From Podarcis cretensis (lineage: Eukaryota): 64,000 bases of DNA. Position 1 is the first letter of the stretch. Each line of letters begins with the position of its first letter. A model generated the notes under the pieces. The model was not told the origin of the DNA, made no database searches, and saw only the letters and a program-made list of their open reading frames with translations. Below are positions 37,718-49,617 of the stretch, piece by piece. The translations under genes and the position numbers were made by a program. The stretch lies in contig OX638149.1 in the NCBI GenBank assembly GCA_951804945.1, forward strand, positions 80,290,001 to 80,354,000, read 5' to 3'.

Positions 37718-38359
37718 CATAGCTGTCAAGTGTCCCTTATTTGATCTTAGCCAAAAGGCCGAGAAGTGTCCCTTATTTGAAGGGACAGTCCCTTATTCCA
37801 GAGCCACGTCCCAGTGCTGTCCCCTATTGATAGATGTCCCTTAAATGTTCCTTAAATGATGTCCCTTAAATTTCAAAGGAAGCAGCTCCTCTCCCTCCCT
37901 CCCTGCCGGCCAGGGAGGAGGGGGGCTCCAACTGTGTTGCTTGGCTGTGTTGCTCACCCAATAAGAAGTCTAAGAACGACTGGGGGGTAGAGCTTGCATG
38001 CCTTGTGTGTGGCTAGTTAATGCAAGCTGAGGAGGTTTTTGAATGCTGGACGCCATTTTGTTGCACGTGCTGCTGCAAACTTTGCAGTGCAAAGCCAGGC
38101 CGGGGAGCCATCTTAAGTTGAGGCTGCATAGGCCTTGTGGTGCATGTGATTCAGATTCTATTCAGTTGAGCCTCTGGTTACAAAGTTGGTTGGACAGTGT
38201 TCTCGAAGCTACCAGCATGAGTTTGACCAGACTGCAGGAGGACACGAAGACTGGAGTGCCTGAAACAGGTGAGGCTGCAGGTCCCTTATTTTGGCTGCTG
38301 GTCCCTTATTTTCAAGGCTGCTGGTCCCTTATTTTCAAATCTGTAAGCTGACAGCTATG
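37718..38359. mobile_element. Non-autonomous hAT element, 642 bp
   Basis: TIR CATAGCTGTCA / TGACAGCTATG, perfect 8-bp TSD CCTCTATA, many subterminal GTCCCTTA repeats. Confidence 0.92.
37741..37766 (-). pseudogene. U2 snRNA 5' fragment (nt 5-30), tailless retropseudogene
   Basis: Reverse complement CTTCTCGGCCTTTTGGCTAAGATCAA equals U2 nt 5-30 as recalled; flanked by a 17-bp direct repeat AAGTGTCCCTTATTTGA. Confidence 0.88.
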
Positions 38360-39243
38360 CCTCTATAAGGCACATAACACACCATATCTAATGCCACCAG
38401 TCCAATTACAGTAACACAAGCAGAAAGAAGGCAATAGAAGCTGTGCATTAGTCTATATGGGGTTGACACACTGGTATTAAGAACCTAAACATGTTATAAA
38501 GAGAACCTTGTGTTTGCTCTGATCTAATCCCATGAGCGCAGCAGCCAAGTGATTTAATTTTGCAGTCAGAAGAAAGTAAGGAGTGTTTCCTACCTGAAGA
38601 CAAGTTTGTTTTTAAACAACAGTCCTCTAGCTGTTGGCTGCAGGATGCAGACAGAACTTGTCGGCTAGGGAGGTCTATTTTTGTTTTGTTTTTAAGGATG
38701 CTGTTGACATTTTTTCTGTTCGTGAAAAAGTAGGTAAAACTGGCAGCCCCACCGTAGACCGATGACTGGGCGACGAGCCATGATCAGAAGCAGACTTTTC
38801 CTTGCATTTCTTGTGTTTTACAGAAAAATCTTTAAATTTAAGCATCTGAGCTTTACAAAATAAGAGAGTGGGAGGCTGTCACTTCCCATAGAGACTGTAG
38901 TCTAAATGCAAAAAGGGTTGTAAGAAAGCAAAGGTAGAAAGCGACAAGAACAGGATGTGGAACAGTATGGCTCTGTGATAAGAGTTATACTATTTCCTTT
39001 TGGAAAACCTCAGTTAACATGTGTTGTTTCTACATCGCAGATCCAACTGAAACCTTCCTTATCTCACATACGGGAATTTTCTTAACACTCAGACTAACCA
39101 GTGATCCTAAAATATGTATTTTTTTAAAAAAAATACCCCGCCCTCTAGTATATGGCATGGCTTACTTGTTTGAGCAATCAATACATATTTTACTAATCTC
39201 ATTTTTCAGACATACTAACCATTCTAATTCCATTCTAATTCTT

Positions 39244-39814
39244 TTTTTTTTAATAATATTTTATTGCATTTTAACAGTAAAAACGTTATAAGACAATATA
39301 TAGAAGAAAAAACACAAGAAGAATACAAAAACACAAAAACACAAAAATACAAAAATATAAAAATACAAAAATACAAACATTTAACATAGAACAAAAAGAA
39401 AAAAGAAAAAAGAAAAATCCCTCTTTTTTAGTTTCTCGTCTTTGATTAACCTATTTTCCTGACTTCCTCACGCCTCCCTTTTTTGTATTCCATTTAAAGA
39501 TTGGTTCAGCAAATTCATATCCTGTTAATTTATCCTTAATTATTTTTCCTCACATATTATAGCTTCAAATTTTCATCTAATGTCAATCCATTCTTACATA
39601 TTCTTATACCTTATTACTAGAATCCCTTCATTTCATTTCAATGTCATTAACATTCAAAAACTTTACAGTGTTTCTGTAAATAAATTTTAAATTTCTTCCA
39701 ATCTTCTTCCACCAACTCTTCTCCCTGGTCTCGGATTCTGCCAGTCATTTCTGCCATTTCCATATAGTCCATTACTTGCATCTGCCATTCTTCCAAGGTG
39801 GGTAGGTCTTGTGT
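39244..39814 (-). mobile_element. 5'-truncated L1-clade LINE (ORF2 C-terminus, 3'UTR, poly-A)
   Basis: TQDLPTLEEWQMQVMDYMEMAEMTG...WKKF resembles squamate L1 ORF2 ends; poly-T on +; 19-bp TSD TAATTCCATTCTAATTCTT (39225-39243 and 39815-39833). Confidence 0.85.
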
Positions 39815-40245
39815 TAATTCCATTCTAATTCTTGTACTTACCATTCTAAATCAAAGGTAGGCAAATGCTAGGCTTGTGGGATCTACTTAAAAACAACAAC
39901 ACTAACTTTAGAACATTGGCTCGTTTGTTTTGGGTGAGATTCTGTGTTGAAATTTCTCCCAATGGCTGTAAATATTTCATTGTTTGTACCTACAAAAGAA
40001 TAAAAATATAGCTTGTTTTTTTAAAAAAAGCACAGAGGGAGTGGGACTATGTACACCATCGTCACCCACAATATCCCCACTGGCTCCACCCCTTACTTGA
40101 AGAATTCCTGAATGCGGTTACTGAATACTGCCTATCAATGAAAACCTTCTGCATTACAAGAATTCATATCATGTTCTGGTCCAATGACAGATCCCACGGA
40201 GAAAGCAGTGAGGCTGGTCAAAGGTTGTCAGATCATAGATAACTC

Positions 40246-40579
40246 CAGAACCTCCAAGTGTCTCTATTTTCCAGGGACGTCCCTGGTTTAAAGAAGCCAG
40301 TTTCTGATTTGATACTGGAATGCCCAGCTTTTCCTTAGGATGTCCCTATTTTCATGGGAGAAATGTTGGAGGGTATGGAGTTATCCAACCCCCGAGCCGT
40401 CTGAAGGCAATTCTGTATAGGGAAGTTTTGTTAATATTTAATGTTTTATTATGTTTTTATATATATTGGAAGCTGCCCAGAGTGTTGGGGCAACCCCAGT
40501 AAGATGTGTGGGTTATAGTAAAATTATCATTATGGAACGGGACGTCCCTATTTTCATCAGAAAAATGTTGGAGGGTATG
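40246..40579. mobile_element. hAT-like MITE with duplicated right end
   Basis: Termini CAGAACCTCCAA / TTGGAGGGTATG; TAACTC on both flanks; right end present twice. Confidence 0.7.
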
Positions 40580-40830
40580 TAACTCTGAGTGAGCAACTTG
40601 CTCCATCAAAGGTTGGGAACTGTGTGAGGCCTTTTAAGGCTTTATCTCCAGACAACCTCCTCCAGGCTCCCCCCCCCCCCCCCGTCCACTTGTAGAGAAC
40701 TTCAGGGCCTTAAAGAGCTAGCTCTCTGGCCTGAAGGCAGGCACTCCTGCTACATTCCATTGCCTTCCTCCTGGTGGGCTTCCACCAGACTGATGAGTGG
40801 TGGGAGGCATCTGGTTCCTTGGGCTTAGGG

Positions 40831-40966
40831 TAGTGATGGCCAAACTTGGTCCTCTAGCTGTTTTGGGACTACAACTCCAATCATCCCTAGCTAACAGGAC
40901 CAGTGGTCAGGGATTATGGGAATTGTAGTCCCACAACAGCTGGAGGGCCACGTTTGGCCATCACTG
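40831..40966. mobile_element. Palindromic hAT MITE
   Basis: Near-complete hairpin; TSD gcttaggg / gcttagga. Confidence 0.88.
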
Positions 40967-43450
40967 GCTTAGGAGAAAGTGCGCATGTGGGTCTGGGCTC
41001 TGATCCTATAGGCTGGGGTGGTCTGGGAGGTTCCTCTGGGGGCTCCTGTCCAGCAGCCTAAGACACAATGGTCTCTTATCTTCAGCAGTCAGCTCTGAGC
41101 CCTGAATCTGATCCAGCACCTCATCTGGTGTTCCTGCAGCTTCCGACTCTGTGTCCAGATAACTGGTAAATTCAGGGCTCATGACAATTTATCTCTGAGG
41201 CGGAGAGTGCATATGTATGTGTGAGTAACTTGCCTCACTCCATTCTCTCCTGCTCCTATGCATAGCATTATTTTCCAAGCATTTCTTCTCTTTTCTTACG
41301 GAGATGACATCATAGGCCATGGCAAGGTGCCTGCTGGGACTTTTCATGGACAAGAAACTTCTTCTGCACAGAGAAAGAATTTTAAAACAATCAAAATCCC
41401 GAGGAAGTTTGAATTAGGAAGGTCCTAGCCTACTTCTAAATTAATCAGGATATCCTCCCCATGAAAGGTCACAGGCTCTAGTGTTTTCCTCATGAGTTAC
41501 TCTGAAAACATTTCTGCAGACTTGATGTTCCAAGCTCCCAAAGGAAACTGCAAAAACTAACTGTGGTCCAGCTCTGATGTAATAGTTAGGGCAAACAAGA
41601 TGTTTCCTGGTCTGGTTCCTCTGGGTGCATCGAAGCAAAAGGAATGGATGATCCATTCAAGAAGACCACCTCACTGCTATATAGAGATGGATGAATGGAT
41701 AAATACTCCCGTGGCTGTCCTCAGGCTGACCTAGAAATGATCTCCCAAAAGTGGAAACAAATTGGCTCATATCCCAATCGAATGCAAGGAGCTCAAAAAA
41801 TGAAAAGGCACTGTCTGCTCCAGACTGGCACCATTTTAGGTTTAGAGAATGTAGGTTTGCCCAAATAAAGTGGATTAAAGCACCCTGCAAATCCACTTGC
41901 TGATTTTTAAAAAATTTATTTTTTAAAAAAAATGTGGGGTTTTTTTGCGATTAGGATGACAGGATGATATATGACTTCTGCACACACAATTCAGGATGAA
42001 ATCAAGATGAATGCTCATTGTTGTATAACTTCCACACCAGCAAATCAGAGGGAAAGCTCAATAAAGAGCAGGCATCATATGTATAACCTCCCTGTAAGTT
42101 CTGTGCAAGCAAATTGGAATGAATGCGCAATAAACAGCTCATCTGGAGAAGTCCACAAGCTCTCTGCTGCTGATGCTTTGTCAATAAGTAAAGGAAAGGG
42201 GGTGGTTGGCAAGCAAGTCTTCCAATGTCATCACTTCTTTCATGCAGTCATTTCCTTGCCACTTTTTCATTATGAGACACTGGCTGCTACACCAGGGGGT
42301 CTGTCTCCTGCTTCAGTGAAGGGAAATGCACACTGCTTTTCATTTCCTTTTGTGTTTCTTGTCACATCAGCCCACACAGGCTGATAAGAGACATATGAAC
42401 CATGGTTTGGGCATGTCCACATCTGAGCATTATTTAGCTATTAATCCACTCCCTCCACATTCAGATACGATTGAAGTAGCCCACACCCAAACGTATTTGT
42501 ATATGAGAATCAACTTCACTTTTCCCCCAGCAGACAAGAAATTTCAAGGCAAGGAGGCAGGGCTATCCTTTCGTTCCTCACCAGAGAGAAAGCTATGGGT
42601 AGTATCAACAAGGAGAGACTAGGATGTGTTGAGCAATTTTCTGTTTACATTCCTGGTCTCTGGCAGTTACCTGAATCCTCAGTGTGTGTGTCTGGGGCTC
42701 CTATGTATCCTCAACAGTACAGATGGACAGACTTTTGGTCCAGCTAAACACCCCATTGAGAGAATGCTTGCCAGCCACATTATTTCCTTTCCAGTGAAAT
42801 AGATGGGCTTTCAGTGCATCTTTATGGCGGTCTGGCTGAAATGGAAAGAGAACTTGGTGGCAGAATAATGGGTGAAGAGGGAGTGGAGGATGTGGATTTG
42901 CTATGAATGCCTGAGAGCTTTTACATTTCAAAACAACATTTTTCTGAACTGAGCCCTCATCACAAACAATATCTAAGTCAAAGGTATTAAGTTCATGTAT
43001 TTAGCAACTTGCAAATCGGAGAGTAACTTGAAGGAAGCAACAAAAGGGTTGATTAGTGTACTGAGTGATTTCTACAGTTTAATTTGTTATCAATGGAAAG
43101 AGTAACAATGCTTAGAGTAATTCTCTCTTTTTAAAATCAAAGCATCTGGAAAGGAAAACTATAATCACCATGTGTTATAGGTGCATTAACTATGTGCACT
43201 GGAAGCTAGAGACTTGTGTGCCAGGTGAGGGGAACCAGCTGAGGGGGCATAAAACCTCACCAGAGTCATACCTAGGCTCCCTTGCACCTTTGGCAAAGAG
43301 TTGTATTGGTGGCGCTCCAGTCCCTTGTGTCCTTGGCAATCACAGCTCTCTTCATCTTTCTTTTGTGATTTTTGAGCCCCACTGGGCCCGGGCCCTTGGA
43401 GGGGGCCAACCAAGCCAACCCCTAGGCATGCCCCTGACTATAACTCTAAA

Positions 43451-43624
43451 CAGAGGTGCCAGCTTGAGTAAAATATGGGGGGGGGGCAGGTAAGCTCTGC
43501 CCCGCATAATCTATCACACACCATTTAAATGGCAATGCCCATCAACTTTGTGAGGTCCCAGCCATCTCAAGTATTTTACTGGGGAAGCCAAAGGGACCTC
43601 GGCCCCTAGGCGCTGGCTCCTATG
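43451..43624. mobile_element. hAT MITE
   Basis: TIR CAGAGGTGCCAGC / GCTGGCTCCTATG; TSD actctaaa / actctaag. Confidence 0.8.
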
Positions 43625-46386
43625 ACTCTAAGGAAGGCAGAGGGGTTGAGCCCTCAGAAGGCTGCCAAGATGGTCTTCAATAGCCAGTTCAAAATACACA
43701 ATTTCTTGTATGTTTAAAACCACTTTTAAACCTTTTAAACCTCAGATTTTTATTTTGATTGGGATTTTTTTTTTGCCAAACACAGTTACCCCTATGCTGC
43801 ATTTGTAAAATATATAAATAAAAAATAAGTCAACCTGCAAACAGCAACAATAACCCATAGGCTGAGGCAGTAGAGCAGTTAGATCATTTCAGACTCTGAG
43901 CTTATGCCACCATTTCCTTCAGATGGTAATGCCCACCTCTCTCTTTTTAGATAGTAATATGTATTATATCAATTACTTCAAAATGTGGTAAGCTAGTGTG
44001 GCCTTATTTGGGGGTTTCATGGTCATTCTCCTGAGTGGGGTGCTGGATTTCTGACCAGAGTCCTGTCCTGACTAGGCTGGGAAACAGAAATGGCATCCTT
44101 ATTTTGGGCTTTCAGGCATCTCTTGAAGACGTTATTTAAAAGTTTCTTGAGTAGCCAGTCATTTTAATTACTGTTTTGGTGAGAAGTTTGGGTGTGGCTG
44201 CCAAGTTGTATTGCTTGTCTCTGTGGTGTCATAGCATTAGCCACAAGGTGGCTGTGATGTCTTTGCAACCACACTTCAAGCTGCACAAATGGTCACAATG
44301 AGCCCATTAACTGGCAGAGGGGGGAGGGCATTTCCCCCACCATTTTGTATATTTCTGTTGGGTAATCGCAATTTCCATGCAACAGAAGTTCTTCCTTGAG
44401 AGAATATGTCTCCCTTTTTCCATGACAGCTGAGTAACATCACACTTTTTATCATGCAAAATTACAATAGTTTGGGAATGCGAACGCTTTGTTTAGCTAGT
44501 TTCTACCCGAATGTTCACTTAGGAATGCTGTAATTTAAACTCAGACAGAAAGAAAGCCATCTTGTCCAGAAACCCAAATCAAATGTGCACAAAAGCCAAA
44601 CACTCTGAATACAATTTTAATACCAAGTACTAAAGAACAGCCAAAAATGGAACCTGTGATTGTGGCAAAAATGTAACAACAGATGGATGAACAATTGGCA
44701 ACTTGCTGCTTAATAGTTCCCCAAATCCTGCCACCGGAGGGGAGCTGTCTAACCCTGCTTAATGGTAAGACTGACTCTGACATAGTACTGATCTAAACTC
44801 CCTGTAGCTAAGTCCAACTAAAATATTTATCTCTCTGTCCCCCCACCCCACCCCCATCTCTAAATTATAATGGAAACTGTGGTTCCAAACTGTTTCTTTG
44901 CCCCCTCCCCCTAGCTAAAGAGTATCACCTCCCCAAAAGCTGGAGAAACCTTTCCAGCCTTCAAGGAACATTACTGTTCTTTTGTTAAACTCCCTGGCTG
45001 GTTGCCCATTGACAGTAATGTAAACAGTCTAAACTCATAACAGTGCTCAGGCCGATTCTGCTTAGCTTATATGATATTGAATCAGAAGACCTGAGCCAAT
45101 GGAAGTGTGGCTGTAGGCCAGGAACGAGTTACAGAAAGGCAGCCTGTCAGATCTGACTCTTGTGGACACCAGTTTCTTTTTTTCCATTGCTGGCATTTAG
45201 ATACTAGGAAGCTGGAGGGGATACAGAACTGACACAGTAGATCTAGTACTTAGGTTGCAGTGAAATATTTCACATGCATTCAAGATCTCCATTGTCTACA
45301 GGGAAGGAGAATAACAACGCAATACTCTCTTTTTTTCTAAACAGCTAACGGTTTCAATGTGGTTCATAGGGAGCTGTTTTACAAACAAACCACTGACACT
45401 TTTTTTAAAAAAAAACCTGATCACAGAATGAACAACAGCATGTTACTCCATTCACAAAGGTGAAAACGTAATTTATTCCGGTTTTACTTTCCCATGCTCT
45501 GATTTTCTACATTGCTTTGAGAAACTGTAATTGGGGGGAAATGTTTAGTTATGACCAGTTTCCAGGGCAGCTCCATAAAACTAGCTTAGAAAAGCAAAGG
45601 GGTGACAAATTAACAAAACACAGTATAATTAGGAAAGCAAGGATTTAAATGCTTATATGCTTCAAATGTTATACAGTATAGGAAATCTAATATACTATGA
45701 TTGAAACTGGAGGAGCATCTACTTCCCCTTGGAATCATACCTGCTAGTTTTCTCAGGCCCTCTCTCCATACAAGATACCATTGTTTCTGATGTGATTGAG
45801 TATTGTTCTATTTCTGAATGCCCTTTCGGCTGCTTAGTATTTGTATCTGCTCCAGGATGGGTTTAGGTTATGAACTGCACATTTAGCATTCCACGATGTG
45901 GTTTGTTCTCTTTAATTCTTACTTTGTGGGCCTCAACTGACACGTCACATGCATGTAAATTTTGCATTTTCTGTATGGGATGCATAAATTCATGTGGTGG
46001 AGAAGAAGTGCATTTCTATGTTTTGAAAATGACCATATTCTTTTACCCCTTAGCTACATTAAGATTACATTACTTCCAGTTGCTATGAGGAGACAGTAAA
46101 AGGAAAACTAGCTGAAGTACCTCTCAGCAGAGGAGATAAGCTATCTGGCCCAGGCACCTGACCTCAGAGCCTAACTCCCACACCAGTAAGTAGCTCCATC
46201 CATAGGAGCCATGTATAAGGCACAGAGCTGGTATCAACTTTGCCTGCAATCAATTTCTTCATGCTACAGGAATGAGTCTGAGGTGTTGTGACAACATTGA
46301 AATGTTTCCTTGCATGGACCAGTTTATCCAGTCACTTTCCAGTACTGCTGCTGCAGTGGCTATTGCCCTGATTGGTAGAAAGAGCC

Positions 46387-46440
46387 CTTCTTCTTCTTCT
46401 TCTTCTTCTTCTTCTTCTTCTTCTTCTTCTTCTTCTTCTT
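46387..46440. repeat. (CTT)18 microsatellite
   Basis: Direct reading; source of the poly-E and poly-S pseudo-ORFs. Confidence 0.97.
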
Positions 46441-47274
46441 CATATGTATTCATAGTGTAGTGTAACCAGGAGGGGTCAGGAAGCCACTGCTGTCATGAGG
46501 AAGAGAAGGGAGGAAAGAAAAAGATGGTAAAATATTTGTAATGCGATAATGATCTCTCAGCTAGGATTTTGACTTGATGAATTACTGGACTGTTCGAATA
46601 TAGCATGTATTACGTATCCAGTTATGACTGAGCAAAGGAGATGCTCAATAGCTAGAGTTACACCATTTTCCTAAGGCATTACCTAAAGCAAGGCAGACAT
46701 AGCAGTGAATAGCAAGCAAGAAATCCATTTGCCTATGACTTCATAGGTCAACACTGGGGTACATCAAAGGCTTCATTTTAACACCAATGCAGTCTGACTC
46801 CCTTTGAAACTGTACAGCATACTGTACTGTATGTGTGTGTACACGAGCAGATGTATATGATCACACATACACTGAATCGATCAGTTTAAAAAGAGTTAGA
46901 GATAACAAGGGAAGTATCTGTATTGCTTATTAGCTAGACAGCCCCCACATTTCTGCCAGAAACAATGCAGCACCCAAATGATTTGTGACAGTTCAACCAT
47001 AGCCAATAATTACTGCAAGCAGTTGCCTGACAGAGGACTAAAGGGCAATGGAGGGATTGCACCTGTAGGAAGTGTTGTGATTAATTACCTTCAGTTTAGC
47101 TAGCATCAGCCCAGACCCCTTACGCACAGTGGGGAAGGAAAGCACAATTTCAATCAAGTTATTTTGGCTATTCTGGCAACAAAACAGCTTCAATGTGTTT
47201 CACTAGGTAAGAACACAGTGTAAGCGGACGTTATTTCCTCCTTTGTTTTAGCCATCGTGGTGTAGAGTGGTTAG

Positions 47275-47671
47275 TACGTTTCCGAGCACAATTCAAAGTG
47301 TTGGTGCTGACCTTTAACGCCCTAAATGGCCTCAGTCCAGTATATCTGAAGGAGCGTCTCCACCCCCTCATTCAGCCCGGACACTGAGGTCCAGCGCCGA
47401 GGGCCTTCTGGCGGTTCCCTCACTGCAAGAAGCCAAGTTACAGGGAACCAGGCAAAGGGCCTTCTCACCCTAGTGGCACCCACCCTGTGGAACGCCCTCC
47501 CACCAGATGTCAAAGAGAAAAACAACTACCAGACTTTTAGAAGACGTCTGAAGACAGCCCTGATTAGGGAAGCTTTTTTTAATTAATATTTAATTGTATT
47601 TTAATATTTTGTTGGAAGCCGCCCAGAGTAGCTGGGGAAATCCAGCCAGATGGGCAGGTTATAAATAATAA

Positions 47672-47715
<44 letters not shown>
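47275..47715 (+). mobile_element. 5'-truncated L2 LINE with (TAT)n tail, inserted in a tRNA-derived SINE (~47250-47880)
   Basis: RAQFKVLVLTFNALNG..P.YLKERL-type L2 ORF2 end and ggaagccgcccagag tail; SINE A-box-like gtggtgtagagtgg before it and B-box-like gagttcaaacc after it. Confidence 0.85.
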
Positions 47716-47716
<1 letters not shown>

Positions 47717-48332
47717 CCAGACTAGGACTTAGGATACCAGAGTTCAAACCCTCAATTAGCCAGAAAACCTGGGTCAATCACACTCTTTCAGCCTATCCTA
47801 CTTTATAGGGTTGTTGTGAAGACAGAACACAGGGAAATGAATGACTGCTTGAGCTCCATGGAGGAAAGGTGGGATATAACAGTATCCTAGTCATGTGGTT
47901 CATGTTATTGTTGCCGTCAGTTCTTCTCTGATCCTCAGAGCAGCTAACAACAATAATATAAACAGAAAAATAAGAGAATGATAAGAATTAAAAGAAAAAC
48001 AGCAACATATATTGCTTGTGGGCTTCCCACACACATTTGGAATTGGACACTGCGAAAGAAAAACCTGGACTAAACAAACCTTTGAGCTGATCTAACAAGG
48101 CATCTCTTCTATTATGTACTCAAGACAGCACTGTCATGGAAATGACTTCTCACCTGCTCTTCACTCAAGCTCTGTCTTGATGGCAACAGATGTACTGAAG
48201 AAACACAACCAATTCTTTACATTTCTTAAATGTCCTTGGAAGGTATATTGCCTGAAACTCCATCTGGGATTTTATCTTTGAATACAGCTGTGAGCGTCAA
48301 CAAAGGAGGATGCATCCATGTACTGAACATAT

Positions 48333-48813
48333 TGTTATGAGCTGAGGGAGGAGTAAGATGTACAGTGTGTCTGAGCCCCCTTCTAATTCCTGGATCCAGC
48401 ATAGATTCAATTCCTGGAATAGCCAGGCTAGCTTCCTGGTGAGGTAATAGCCTAAATATGGGCCATTAAAGTAACCAAGGAAGTGGCCCTGTGCAGATGG
48501 GAGTTAGAAAGACAAAAGGGCAGAGTTGGGAGTTGCAAGGCTGCAGGCTGAGCAGCTGGGAAACAGAACCATGCTTGATTTCCAATGGAATCCAGGGCTG
48601 TGGCTATGGGAGAAGCAAGACCCTCTTTGGGTGTTAATGTTGTGAACCCCCCCCCCCATTTGTAGGCTTAAGCTGTATATATGTGTAAATAAACCATATA
48701 TCATAAAGACATCACCGTCCGCACAGTCCCTCATTCTGAGGAAACTGAACCCCAGATAAGCAGCTGGAACCCCTGGAATCTTGCACCATTCAGAGATTGG
48801 GGTGGTGTGCATG
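48333..48813 (+). mobile_element. Solo LTR (same family as 56015-56660)
   Basis: Starts TGTTATGA; colinear similarity to 56015-56660 including gtatatatgtgtaaataaac and cagagattggggtggtgtgca. Confidence 0.75.
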
Positions 48814-49617
48814 CTATAATCATTCTGCCATGATAGCAGCTGGATGGCTAAACTACAGAATGGTGCACTGATATAATTCACAAGCATGCAACTGAACACA
48901 AATGGCACAGGGACAACAGCTTGAGGAGCACTCACCTTAATGTCTAGATTCAGTCATATTTCACTGATAATTTTTGAATATATATAGTTGTTCACTCTGA
49001 TCTAAGGGCCTTTATAAACCTGCCCAACTGAGTGTTTCTTTTGCATGAACACATCTGATTTTTACACTCCTGCAAATCCATCTTTTCCTCTGTAGCAGAG
49101 TGAGAACTGACAAGGGACCAAAAATAATTGCAGACCCATCCAGCAAAGACTCTGTGTAGCAGAGACAGAGGCCTGGGGCTCCTCTGCCGTAATTAAGAGG
49201 CACATGCAATATGCTGTTTTAATTGCCGCATGCACTAAAAGTATAGTGGAAAGGGGAGTGGAGCTGGAGCCAGTATTCTGTGTTTATTGCAACACCCAGG
49301 CTGGGAACAGCTTGCATGCCATCCTCCCAGCACACTTGATTCTATCTCTCATCAGCATGATTAAGCATAAGTAATGTCAAGCTGTTCAGTGCCGAGGCAA
49401 AATAAAATAAATAGAGACATATTATAGGAGGACACTGCCAAAACATTTTTCCATATATTTTCCGCTTAGGGTGTTCTCAGTTAAAATATGTACATATATA
49501 GGCCATCTTTTCCATCCACAGTTGTTGACAGACTGTCGGCATGTGGTTAAATTTCACATCAGACTTGACTAATATTTATCTACCCCATAAAAGGTGCTCA
49601 GAGGGCAACATCAGGTC

